Source: Eubacterium limosum (lineage in GTDB: Bacteria; Bacillota; Clostridia; Eubacteriales; Eubacteriaceae). From it: 24,000 bases of DNA. How positions within the stretch are numbered: the first letter of the stretch is position 1; every line of letters starts with the position of its first letter. The stretch lies in contig NZ_CP019962.1 of assembly GCF_000807675.2 (NCBI RefSeq), forward strand, positions 3,483,157 to 3,507,156, in the 5' to 3' direction. Made by a program: the position numbers and the translations under genes. This document shows, one piece after another, positions 14,860 through 23,061 of the stretch. The notes under the pieces were generated by a model that saw nothing but the letters and a program-made list of their open reading frames with translations, did not search any database and was not told the DNA's origin.

Positions 14860-17800
14860 ATGTATAAAAACAAAGCTTTGAAAAAAACATTTTCGCTGCT
14901 TTTTGCGTTCTTATTCACCTTGCTGACGCTTCTGTCACCGCTGAGCTCAATGGTGGCAAAAGCCGAGGAAGGTGAGGATTTGCCACCGACGGGTGACCTG
15001 GCGCAGTACGCAGTGAACGAAGTCGGACAATCCGATCAGGGCTGGGTCATTTACTCGTCTGAAGATCCTAACTACAATCCCATGACGCGGGCATCCGGCA
15101 GCTCCGGCGTGTCTGTCTCGAAAGATTACGGGGGATATACGAGTTACACCCAGATTATCACCGTCGTGGACGATTCCGGTGTCGCGCATACCGCGTACTG
15201 TATTGAGCCCGATAAGAATACGCCCAATGGAACCATCTATAATCAGCAGATCACGGATAACGCTCAGCTGAGAACCGTGCTCTATTACGGCTATGACGGC
15301 CCGGGAGGGGCTGAATTCATGGCCCGTGAAGGCGGCGATGCGCAGAGCGCTTTCATGGATACCTGGTGGGCAGTAAGATTGGCCTGTGGAGAAACGTCAT
15401 CAAACCCCGCGGTTTATAACGATCCCAATATCCGCTGGCTGCTTGACCACGCGCCAGTTGAAGTTGGGGGCATTACGGTAAGTGGCTCACCGGATACCCG
15501 GTGGAACGTTGGCGAAAAGATGCAGGAAACAGACTGGTACACTACCAGCGGCTCCGGTACCTTTACCCTTGAACTCGATGGTCTGGGTATTGTTGCCAAA
15601 CTGAGTGACAGCCGCACCATCACTTCCACCACTTCAGGTATTCCAGTAGGAACGGCTTTCAAATTGTGTGCAGGCCCGGAAAAAGATGGAACCGTCACGG
15701 TACCGATCAAAGCCACCGGCGTGGCTTATGCAAGCCTGATGTTTATTCCGGCTTCTGAACCGGATACACAGAGTGTTGTGGCCGGTGCCAGTGTTCAGGG
15801 GCAGGGACAGGAAGCTTCCGCCAGTGCAAACTTTGTGAAGCGTGTGACTTACCCGGATGTACAAAAAACCGACAATCGCCATCTGGCACTTGATCTGAGC
15901 AAAACACAGCCTTCCGGGGACGCTAGTCTTGACGGAGCCGTTTTTGGCCTTTACAAAGATCCGGAATGCACCCAGCTGGTGACTCAGGCAACCGTAACGA
16001 ATGGGATTGCTGACTTTGGCGCGGTTGTCCTAGGCGACTATTTTTACAAAGAAATCAGTGCCGGTAAGGGCTATAAAACCAATGAAACCGTCTATCCGGT
16101 CACCGTATGGGCAGAAGGCATGCAGGGCGTTACGGAGATCCCCAATGATGTTAAAACCAATCCTGTCAGCATTGTTAAATATGCGATCACCGATCCAGAC
16201 AATGTGGATGACGTGTTAAATCCCCTGGCAAACGTTGATTTTACCCTGACCTTAAAGTCGGCCATCGACAAAGGCGAAAAGCTGACGGAAGGGGACAATT
16301 TGTTTAGCGGAAAAACCGATGAAAATGGCCGTATCCGCTGGGAAAATGTTCCTGTGGGGACTTATGTCCTTCACGAAGTTAAAACGCCAGAGGGCTTTAT
16401 TCCCATTGATGATCTGATCGTTGTCGTTGACGGCAGCGGCGAAGAAATTGAGATCCCGCTCACCAACAAAATGATGTACGGCGATCTTATTATCGTGAAG
16501 AAAGATTCGGAAACACAGAAAGAGATCCCGGTATCCGGGGTCAAATTCAAGGTCATTGACCTGGCAACCATGCAGTTTGTCAAACAGTCCAGCGCAGCGA
16601 CCCTGTTTATACCGACCGACACCTTTAAGACCAACGATGAAGGGAAACTGTCCCTTCCGAAAAAACTCAAAAGCGGCAGCTACGCCGTGGTGGAAGTTTC
16701 GTCTCCAGACGGATACTTAACCGCAGGACTGACCGCCAGCAACAACACGCAAAAATATATGGTTGACGGCAAGGAATACCAGGGTATCCCGGTCACCATC
16801 AGTCCGACAACCTGCGATAAAATCGAAATTAACGGCAAAACCGAATACAGCAGCACGGTCAGTGTCTACGATCAACCAGCCAAAGGACGGATTGAAGTCA
16901 CCAAAACCGGCGACCAGCTGGACGGTACTAAAACCACTCCAAGCAAATATGGCAATGTCACAGAATTTATCTTCAATGAAAAAGCCTTAAAAGGCACGGT
17001 ATTTGAAGTTTATGCGGACGAAGACATTACGACACCCGACGGCACCGTTCGCCTGCACAAAGGCGATCTGGCGGATACCCTGACCACCGGAGATAATGGA
17101 AAGGCCATTACCAAAGACCTTTACTTAGGCAAATATAAGGTGGTCGAAAAGTCTGCGCCGGAAGGTTTTGTCAATGATGGAACGGAGCAGAAAGTCACCC
17201 TGAAGTATAAAGGTGAAACCGTTCAGGCATCCGACAATGTCGAAAACACGACCTTCCATAATGACCGCCAGAACGTTGAGTTTCAACTGACAAAACTGGA
17301 ACAGGAAATCGACAAGATTGAACAGGAAGGTGACGGCGTCACCATCCATTATAAGGATGTTCCGGCCAATGACATCGACTTTGGCCTTTACACCAAAGAA
17401 GCCATGAGTGACGGTAAAGGCGGCACCATCGCCGCGGACACACTGGTATCGGTGAAGACCGTGAAAAAAGGCCAGGCAAACACCGTTGAAAACCTGCCTG
17501 TCGGTAACTACTACCTGAAAGAACTCAGCACCAAGGATCATCTGGAAGATAACAATTTCCGTTATGAAGTCACTTATGCCATCCAGGGCAACGATCCGCT
17601 GGTGGTAGTTCAGGCCAATAAAGGTGAAGCTATCAAAAATTACTATGTAGAGCGTCCTTTTGAATTTACGAAAAAGGATATTTCGGATGGCATGTTGATT
17701 CCGGGCGTCACCGTCAATGTTTACGACGAAACCGGGGAGAACATCATCTTTACCGGAAAAACCAATGAAAACGGCGAAATTACCATCACACTGCCAGCAG

Positions 17801-18885
17801 GCAAATACTTCTATCAGGAAGTCGATGCTCCGGCGCCGTACTTATGCCCGGACGATTTATACCCGTTTGAAATCACCAAAGACAATAAAGTAACCCAGGC
17901 ACTCATGACCGATGAGCTGGCCATGGGGAATATCCGGTTACACAAAACCGCTGAAGACCGGAATAATTACACCATTGAGGCATCCGGAAAGGTTAACTAC
18001 AAAGAAAAAGACCTTGAAGGGGCCGAATACGCAGTGAAAGCAGCGGAAGACATCGTCATACCGGAGGGTGTCGTCAAAGCCTTTAAAGGCGATACTGTCG
18101 CCCGTATGGTCACGGACAAAAAAGGGGAAGCCACGGTTACAGAAGCTTTCTTCATGACCAAAGAGGGTGCGGCTGCCCGGATGACGGAAGATCCGGAAAA
18201 ACCAGATGTGAAGTCTGAAGGGACAGAGACACCGGGCACTGACAAACCAGACACCGAAGCAAAAGCGGTTGAGCCGATGGATCTCACCAAAGTCGATGAA
18301 ACATCGACCGTTCCGGTAAAATCCGAAACGGCTTTATTCCTTGGCAGCGGCACGGCCAAGTATGATGTGGTCGAAACCAAAGCCCCGGACGGTTATCGTT
18401 TGGATGAAACCATCCATACCGTGGAGCTGAGCTTCAAAGACAATAAAACCCCACTGGTGGAAGTTGAGCTTGAATGCTTCAACGAAGCCAAAGGCGGAGA
18501 CATTGTTCTTTACAAAGAAGATACCGAAGCTAAAACAGCCCTTCCGAACGCAGAGATCAGCGTGATGGATGCGGATCAAAAGGTGATCTTCAAGGGAAAA
18601 TCCGATGAGCAGGGCAACCTGAAAATCGGCAAGCTGCCAGATGGCCAGTATTTCTATCATGAAACCAAAGCACCGGACGGCTATGTTCTTGATCCAACCA
18701 TCTATGAATTGAAAGTCGTGGATCATGAAAATGCAACCGCCACGCTGGGCAATGTGAAAGAAGATATTCCGGATACCGGGATTGATTCAAACAATAGCCC
18801 ACTTTACATTGGTCTGATTGGTGGCGCTGCCTTGGTTTGTGCAATCACTTTAGGTGTTCATAACCGCCGAAAAGCAAAGAGATAA
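14860..18885 (+). CDS. Sortase-anchored adhesin / putative pilus tip protein: signal peptide, conserved-Cys N-terminal domain (thioester-domain-like), about 8 CnaB/SpaA-type (prealbumin-like) domains, IPDTG sorting signal
   Basis: Signal peptide FSLLFAFLFTLLTLLSPLSSMVAKA. The N-terminal domain has AYCIEPDK (Cys114, nt 15199-15201) and YYGYDGPG. A repeated G.Y...E...P.GY E-box-like motif is seen 8 times (GDYFYKEISAGKGY, GTYVLHEVKTPEGF, GSYAVVEVSSPDGY, GKYKVVEKSAPEGF, GNYYLKELSTKDH, GKYFYQEVDAPAPY, AKYDVVETKAPDGY, GQYFYHETKAPDGY). The C-terminus is IPDTG (18766-18780), then a hydrophobic helix, then NRRKAKR. Confidence 0.85.
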   Translation: MYKNKALKKTFSLLFAFLFTLLTLLSPLSSMVAKAEEGEDLPPTGDLAQYAVNEVGQSDQGWVIYSSEDPNYNPMTRASGSSGVSVSKDYGGYTSYTQIITVVDDSGVAHTAYCIEPDKNTPNGTIYNQQITDNAQLRTVLYYGYDGPGGAEFMAREGGDAQSAFMDTWWAVRLACGETSSNPAVYNDPNIRWLLDHAPVEVGGITVSGSPDTRWNVGEKMQETDWYTTSGSGTFTLELDGLGIVAKLSDSRTITSTTSGIPVGTAFKLCAGPEKDGTVTVPIKATGVAYASLMFIPASEPDTQSVVAGASVQGQGQEASASANFVKRVTYPDVQKTDNRHLALDLSKTQPSGDASLDGAVFGLYKDPECTQLVTQATVTNGIADFGAVVLGDYFYKEISAGKGYKTNETVYPVTVWAEGMQGVTEIPNDVKTNPVSIVKYAITDPDNVDDVLNPLANVDFTLTLKSAIDKGEKLTEGDNLFSGKTDENGRIRWENVPVGTYVLHEVKTPEGFIPIDDLIVVVDGSGEEIEIPLTNKMMYGDLIIVKKDSETQKEIPVSGVKFKVIDLATMQFVKQSSAATLFIPTDTFKTNDEGKLSLPKKLKSGSYAVVEVSSPDGYLTAGLTASNNTQKYMVDGKEYQGIPVTISPTTCDKIEINGKTEYSSTVSVYDQPAKGRIEVTKTGDQLDGTKTTPSKYGNVTEFIFNEKALKGTVFEVYADEDITTPDGTVRLHKGDLADTLTTGDNGKAITKDLYLGKYKVVEKSAPEGFVNDGTEQKVTLKYKGETVQASDNVENTTFHNDRQNVEFQLTKLEQEIDKIEQEGDGVTIHYKDVPANDIDFGLYTKEAMSDGKGGTIAADTLVSVKTVKKGQANTVENLPVGNYYLKELSTKDHLEDNNFRYEVTYAIQGNDPLVVVQANKGEAIKNYYVERPFEFTKKDISDGMLIPGVTVNVYDETGENIIFTGKTNENGEITITLPAGKYFYQEVDAPAPYLCPDDLYPFEITKDNKVTQALMTDELAMGNIRLHKTAEDRNNYTIEASGKVNYKEKDLEGAEYAVKAAEDIVIPEGVVKAFKGDTVARMVTDKKGEATVTEAFFMTKEGAAARMTEDPEKPDVKSEGTETPGTDKPDTEAKAVEPMDLTKVDETSTVPVKSETALFLGSGTAKYDVVETKAPDGYRLDETIHTVELSFKDNKTPLVEVELECFNEAKGGDIVLYKEDTEAKTALPNAEISVMDADQKVIFKGKSDEQGNLKIGKLPDGQYFYHETKAPDGYVLDPTIYELKVVDHENATATLGNVKEDIPDTGIDSNNSPLYIGLIGGAALVCAITLGVHNRRKAKR

Positions 18886-18914
18886 TCTGAGCGAATGTAA
18901 TTATTACACACATT

Positions 18915-18946
18915 GGAGTGCCTGGTGCTTCCGGGCACTCTTTTCA
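18915..18946 (+). terminator. Rho-independent terminator after the 1341-aa adhesin gene
   Basis: GAGTGCC (18916-18922) pairs with GGCACTC (18934-18940), followed by TTTTC. It lies 30 nt after the stop codon. Confidence 0.65.
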
Positions 18947-18989
18947 ATTATGGGAATGCAAGTAACTATCATATATAGTCATATGTGGT

Positions 18990-19335
18990 CAATGCTATAG
19001 AACGGAGGATAGCCTGCGGAAGGAAAACTGGCATTGTATGATGCGGCGGAGAAATTTGCCGCTAACGTTACTAATCGAAACAAAGATAACGAGAGAGTCC
19101 TTGATAACAGGGCGGTGAAGATTCAGTCTTTTGATACAGATTATACGCTTGGTTTGTATCGTATCTGGGGCAGTACCAGACACCGCCATTCATTTCCTTT
19201 ATTTCTTTGAAATAGCCGGGGCGGCTACGCCGCTTCGGCAATCCTTTCAAAGAAGCACCATTTAGTGGAGGTGATGCCGATTTTTAAATTAAATAACGAT
19301 AACCGCAGATTGATCAGGCTTCAAACAGCCATAAC
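18990..19335 (+). promoter_or_regulatory. Highly structured non-coding region (candidate leader, riboswitch or sRNA) ending in the terminator at 19336-19361
   Basis: No credible ORF here. Stems seen by eye: GCGGC/GCCGC (about 19043-19062). A 77-nt four-way junction at 19111-19187, closed by GGCGGTG/CACCGCC. A 52-nt extended hairpin at 19203-19254, TTCTTTGAAA-ta-GCCG-gg-GCGGC-tac-GCCGC-tt-CGGC-aatcc-TTTCAAAGAA. Strand assignment rests on the downstream + strand terminator. Confidence 0.4.
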
Positions 19336-19361
19336 AGACAGCTCAGGGAGCTGTTTTTTTA
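19336..19361 (+). terminator. Rho-independent terminator inside the intergenic region, 150 nt upstream of the next gene
   Basis: ACAGCTC (19338-19344) - AGG - GAGCTGT (19348-19354), running into a run of 7 T (19354-19360). Confidence 0.8.
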
Positions 19362-19512
19362 TTGATCAAAAAGAAAAGTGAAAGGGGAGAAGATCCATGT
19401 GCTACGTGAGAGCACCAACATGCACCGCACCAACCGAAACGGTGGGCTTAAGAATGAGCAATAAAGGAGCAATTTATTCTTTAAGCCCAAAGAAAAAATA
19501 AGGAGGTCTAAA

Positions 19513-21471
19513 TTGAAAAAACATTTGCGGAAAATAGGGGTCACAACCCTGTGTCTGTTCTTAATGTTTTCCTTCCTGAGTGGTTTTCTCCTGTCCATTC
19601 ATACGGCCTGGGCTGCATCGGAGCGTCAGGCGGCACCGGCAACAGAAACGACGGTACCACAGACGGATTCAAAGGATGCGCAGGGCGCATCTCCCAAAGA
19701 TGATCAGGGCAACTATATTGTCGGAAATTCCGGAGAAGGGGTTGTCACACTCTCGGCCAATCCAGAATATTTAAAGACGGTTCCCCTTGGGGATCACAAA
19801 AAGTCTATGATCAGTACTTATGCTGCAGGCTGGGATGATGGGGTGATCTACAGTTCAGACTTTGCAAGCCCAGACGGCACCGACATTATTACCACCACGA
19901 CACCGATCATCCGGATCAGTGATAACGGCGTTGATGGTATCGCGTATTGCGCCGATCCAACGTTGAATATTCCGTCTGAAACAACCGGGCCGAATATTCC
20001 AATCACCTATATCCGGGACAGCGCCAACGTACAGAGCTACCGAATTCGAAATGTCATGTATCATGGCTACCATGATGGGCAGAGCGGAGAATACTATGTC
20101 CAGACCTGGGCTGCCATTCGTGTGCTTGCCGGAATATCCAGTTACAGCAGTTATTACATGACCGATCCTGTCGTCGCTGATCTGGTCAACACCAAGAGCT
20201 ATCAAGACCCACCCAACTGGAATGCGAGCTGGAGCATTGTCGCGGAGCGAGAGGAAGCGACCTGGAACAGAGCAACCCAGCGACAGGAAACCGGGTGGTT
20301 TCAGACAGTATGTTCGAATATTTCAGAGCATGGCCAATACACTGTGAATCTGCCGCAAGGTGTCCACGCGATTGCCCGGAACACTTCCGGACAGACCTAT
20401 GGAGACTATACGGGCAGCTTTAGCATTTATGACGACGATGATTTTATGCTTTATGCTGATGGCAGCTATAGCGGCGACGTGAGCGCAACCATTACCCCAA
20501 CCACCGCCAAGCGTTTCAGTACCGATGCCAGTATTCCCGATGCCTGTGTGATCTATTATCCAGATGTTCCCAATACACAGCGCCTTTTTGTGTCCCTTGC
20601 CGTGGGATCAGGGAACATGTCCGCAAGCTATAAGGCAACTTTTAAAGGGAAGAACGTCTATAGTCAATTCACGAAAACCGATGAAGAAACCCTTGACGGC
20701 TTGCAGAACGCCCATCTTCAGATCTATAACAAAGACACGGATGAACTGGTTGCAGAGGCGGATACGGACGAGCTGGGACGGTTTCATGTGGAGCTTTTCC
20801 CGGGAGATTATTACATTAAAGAGACAAAAGCGCCACACGATCACGTTTTATCGACCGACCCCATTTACTTTATCGTAACAGGGACAGAGGACGCCATGAC
20901 CATGGACGTCCCCAATGCGGCCAAAAAGGTGGAGTTTTCCTTTGAAAAAGTGGATGAAAACGGGCAGGCAATGCCGGGAGTTGAATTCGAGTTATACGCC
21001 TGCAAATATGACAAAGCATATTCAGACCAAACAGGAATAAAACCAGGGGAATCCGATAAACACAGTCACAGCGAATTGGCAGGAGCAGACGATTCATGTT
21101 GGACGACTGTGATTAAGAAATTGACATCCGATACAAACGGAAATGTCAATTTTGGTGAGCTTCGGAGTGGTGAATATAACCTGGTTGAAGTGAAAACAAA
21201 GGCCGGGTATCAGCTGCCAAAGGGACAGTGGCGGGTAACGATTGACGCTGAAGCAAACACCATTGACATTAAAGCAAAAGGAAAACCACTGGCCCCGGCA
21301 GTCAAGAAAACAGCTACAGGCTTGCAGCTTGTCAATTATCCGAATCCTCAAATGCCCTATGCGGGGACAAATGATTCGAACCGCTTGCTTTTCAGCTTGT
21401 TAGGCGCATTGTTATTAGGCATGGCTTTTGTAGCTGGTTACAAAAAATTTGAGGAAAGAGGTAAAAAGTAG
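19513..21471 (+). CDS. Sortase-substrate adhesin / minor pilin: signal peptide, conserved-Cys N-terminal domain paralogous to the 14860 protein, two CnaB/SpaA-type domains, non-canonical MPYAG sorting signal
   Basis: TTG start 6 nt after AGGAGG (19501-19506). Signal peptide LCLFLMFSFLSGFLLSIHTAWA. AYCADP (Cys146, nt 19948-19950), MYHGYHDG and YVQTWAAIR are present. E-box-like GDYYIKETKAPHDH and GEYNLVEVKTKAGY. The C-terminus is MPYAG (21352-21366), then a hydrophobic helix, then KKFEERGKK. Confidence 0.85.
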   Translation: MKKHLRKIGVTTLCLFLMFSFLSGFLLSIHTAWAASERQAAPATETTVPQTDSKDAQGASPKDDQGNYIVGNSGEGVVTLSANPEYLKTVPLGDHKKSMISTYAAGWDDGVIYSSDFASPDGTDIITTTTPIIRISDNGVDGIAYCADPTLNIPSETTGPNIPITYIRDSANVQSYRIRNVMYHGYHDGQSGEYYVQTWAAIRVLAGISSYSSYYMTDPVVADLVNTKSYQDPPNWNASWSIVAEREEATWNRATQRQETGWFQTVCSNISEHGQYTVNLPQGVHAIARNTSGQTYGDYTGSFSIYDDDDFMLYADGSYSGDVSATITPTTAKRFSTDASIPDACVIYYPDVPNTQRLFVSLAVGSGNMSASYKATFKGKNVYSQFTKTDEETLDGLQNAHLQIYNKDTDELVAEADTDELGRFHVELFPGDYYIKETKAPHDHVLSTDPIYFIVTGTEDAMTMDVPNAAKKVEFSFEKVDENGQAMPGVEFELYACKYDKAYSDQTGIKPGESDKHSHSELAGADDSCWTTVIKKLTSDTNGNVNFGELRSGEYNLVEVKTKAGYQLPKGQWRVTIDAEANTIDIKAKGKPLAPAVKKTATGLQLVNYPNPQMPYAGTNDSNRLLFSLLGALLLGMAFVAGYKKFEERGKK

Positions 21472-21472
21472 A

Positions 21473-23023
21473 ATGAAATTTAAAAAATTAATATCAAAGA
21501 AAGGATTTAAAAAAGCAGTGACCGCGGCGCTGACCCTGACCATGCTGTTTTCATCTGTGGCCAGTGTCTTTGCGGCAGGCGAAGGGATTCCAGATCCTGC
21601 TATCGACCGCAGCATCACCATCCACAAATACCGGATGGACGATATTACAGAGGCAAAGGTAAGGTGTGACGGAACCGTTCAGACGGTGCCGAGTACCGCT
21701 GTTGCTTTGCAGGACGTACAATTTAAAATCACGAAAATGCAGGACAGCGACGTTACCAAACAGGATACGTCATGGACACCGGTTACGCTGACGACCAATG
21801 CCCAGGGAACGGCAACCATTACCGGCAACAGTAAGCTCCCAATGGGGATCTATCTGGTGCAGGAAATCGACAACCCCGCTGTGGACATCAAAGCAGCCGA
21901 TTGTCTGGTCAGTTTACCGCTGACGAATCCGGCAGGTGACGGATGGATCTATGATGTGCATATCTATCCCAAAAACCAACTGAAGCCAGGCCCGGAAATT
22001 GATAAATTCATCACCGAATTAGACAACAAACATGATACCTGCGATATCAGCCAGGAAAATAAGTGGATCATCGAAACAACTATGCCGGATGACATGGCCA
22101 CCTGCGATGTCTACCAGATTACCGATGTGTTGGATACAAGACTTGATTTTGTATCGGGCAGTACGGAACTGTATCGTGTCGATATTCACGGAAACCGTGT
22201 AAAGATGAGCACCGGCGGCTACACTGTCAATGAGCCAACAACTGCAAATGGCAGAAAATTAACCGTCACGCTGAATGACACGGGCAAAAAGGAAGCCGCG
22301 CAGTCCCTGCAAGACATTAAAAAACCAAGTGTTTACAGTTTAGGTCAGGATAACAATGTGGGTACCATCAACATTGAATTCCGAACGGTCTTAAACAAAA
22401 CCGCTGAGGGTTCCATGGGACAGGCGATTTACAATGGCGCTTCCCTGGATTACACCAACAACCTGCATGTCAAATATGATCAGGTATCCGTACCCGACGA
22501 CAAAAAACCGGAGACACATACAACCGGTATTAACCTGGTGAAGGTAGACAGCACCAACCGAAATATCGCATTGCCGGGTGCGAAGTTCAAAATCTATCGC
22601 AGTGAAAGTGATGCGAATAAAGGGATTAATGCCATCGTTGACCCGACCGATCACGCCAAAGATTGGGAAGTGACAACTGACGCCCAGGGTAAAGCACATT
22701 TTTACGGAATTGAGTACGGCGTCATGGGCGACAAGCATAACAGTTTAGACGCGGTCACCTGGTACTGGCTCGTGGAAACACAGGCCCCTCAGAACGTCAA
22801 TGGTGTGGATTATCAGCTTTCGAAAAAACCGTTCAAAGTGAGAGCCGATTCTGTTTCACACTTAACTGCCAACAGCGTAACCATCACCAATGTACCCAAA
22901 TATGACCTGCCATTTACAGGCGCAAATGGCGGTACGACGTTCATCATTGGAGCTGGGATCTGCTTGATTGCTGCGGGTGCATTGATTGTAATAAGAATTA
23001 AAAAGTCGAAAAAGGCTGAATAA
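21473..23023 (+). CDS. Major (backbone) pilin subunit, SpaA/FimA-like, LPXTG-anchored
   Basis: I prefer the ATG at 21473 (MKFKKLISKKGF...), 2 nt after the upstream stop and downstream of GAGGAAAGAGG, over the track start TTG at 21449. Pilin motif VHIYPKNQ (YPKN at 21965-21976). E-box YWLVETQAPQN. Sorting signal LPFTG (22907-22921), then a hydrophobic helix, then RIKKSKKAE. Confidence 0.88.
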   Translation: MKFKKLISKKGFKKAVTAALTLTMLFSSVASVFAAGEGIPDPAIDRSITIHKYRMDDITEAKVRCDGTVQTVPSTAVALQDVQFKITKMQDSDVTKQDTSWTPVTLTTNAQGTATITGNSKLPMGIYLVQEIDNPAVDIKAADCLVSLPLTNPAGDGWIYDVHIYPKNQLKPGPEIDKFITELDNKHDTCDISQENKWIIETTMPDDMATCDVYQITDVLDTRLDFVSGSTELYRVDIHGNRVKMSTGGYTVNEPTTANGRKLTVTLNDTGKKEAAQSLQDIKKPSVYSLGQDNNVGTINIEFRTVLNKTAEGSMGQAIYNGASLDYTNNLHVKYDQVSVPDDKKPETHTTGINLVKVDSTNRNIALPGAKFKIYRSESDANKGINAIVDPTDHAKDWEVTTDAQGKAHFYGIEYGVMGDKHNSLDAVTWYWLVETQAPQNVNGVDYQLSKKPFKVRADSVSHLTANSVTITNVPKYDLPFTGANGGTTFIIGAGICLIAAGALIVIRIKKSKKAE

Positions 23024-23061
23024 TCGAATAATAGCGCATCATAAAAGAAAGGAGACAGCAG

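Noticed and set aside
14980-14994. LPPTG motif at residues 41-45 of the 1341-aa adhesin, right after the predicted signal-peptide cleavage site
   Set aside because: It is not followed by a hydrophobic helix or basic tail, so it is not a sorting signal. It is most likely a chance occurrence in the N-terminal linker. The real signal is the C-terminal IPDTG.
14947-18844. Antisense or off-frame ORFs inside the 1341-aa adhesin gene (for example 15414-15716, 17125-17541, 17997-18380, 18334-18726)
   Set aside because: These are shadow ORFs typical of GC-richer coding sequence. The sense frame carries repeated recognisable CnaB/E-box motifs and a sorting signal.
19038-19118. 26-codon ORF (MMRRRNLPLTLLIETKITRESLITGR) inside the structured region as a possible leader peptide
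   Set aside because: There is no Shine-Dalgarno upstream, and its stop lies inside the closing helix of the four-way junction by coincidence. No supporting evidence.
19111-19187. Considered calling this 77-nt cloverleaf a tRNA gene
   Set aside because: It has no GTTC/TTCGA-type T-loop. There is no 2-nt linker between the acceptor and D stems. The middle arm is 8 bp with a 12-nt loop, so no anticodon loop can be defined. There is no discriminator/CCA context. Kept only as a structural observation.
18990-19361. Tried to assign the structured region to a known riboswitch class (c-di-GMP-I/II, cobalamin, FMN, TPP, SAM-I, glycine, ZTP, T-box)
   Set aside because: Only short partial resemblances were found, for example CAGGGCGGTGAAGATTC against the FMN/cobalamin GGTGAAA.TCC core. 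The other obligatory conserved boxes (B12 box GCCACTG, GACGCAAAGC, CTGAGA and so on) are absent. No class call is justified without a covariance-model search.
18995-19598. Minus-strand ORFs 18995-19189 (64 aa) and 19359-19598 (79 aa) in the intergenic region
   Set aside because: They have no RBS and odd composition. The second runs antisense across the RBS and signal-peptide region of the 19513 gene. The region is better explained as structured non-coding sequence.
21449-21472. Track start TTG at 21449 for the major pilin, overlapping the upstream gene by 23 nt
   Set aside because: The ATG at 21473 gives a canonical signal peptide start (MKFKKLISKKGFKK...). It sits 2 nt after the upstream stop and behind a GAGGAAAGAGG RBS.
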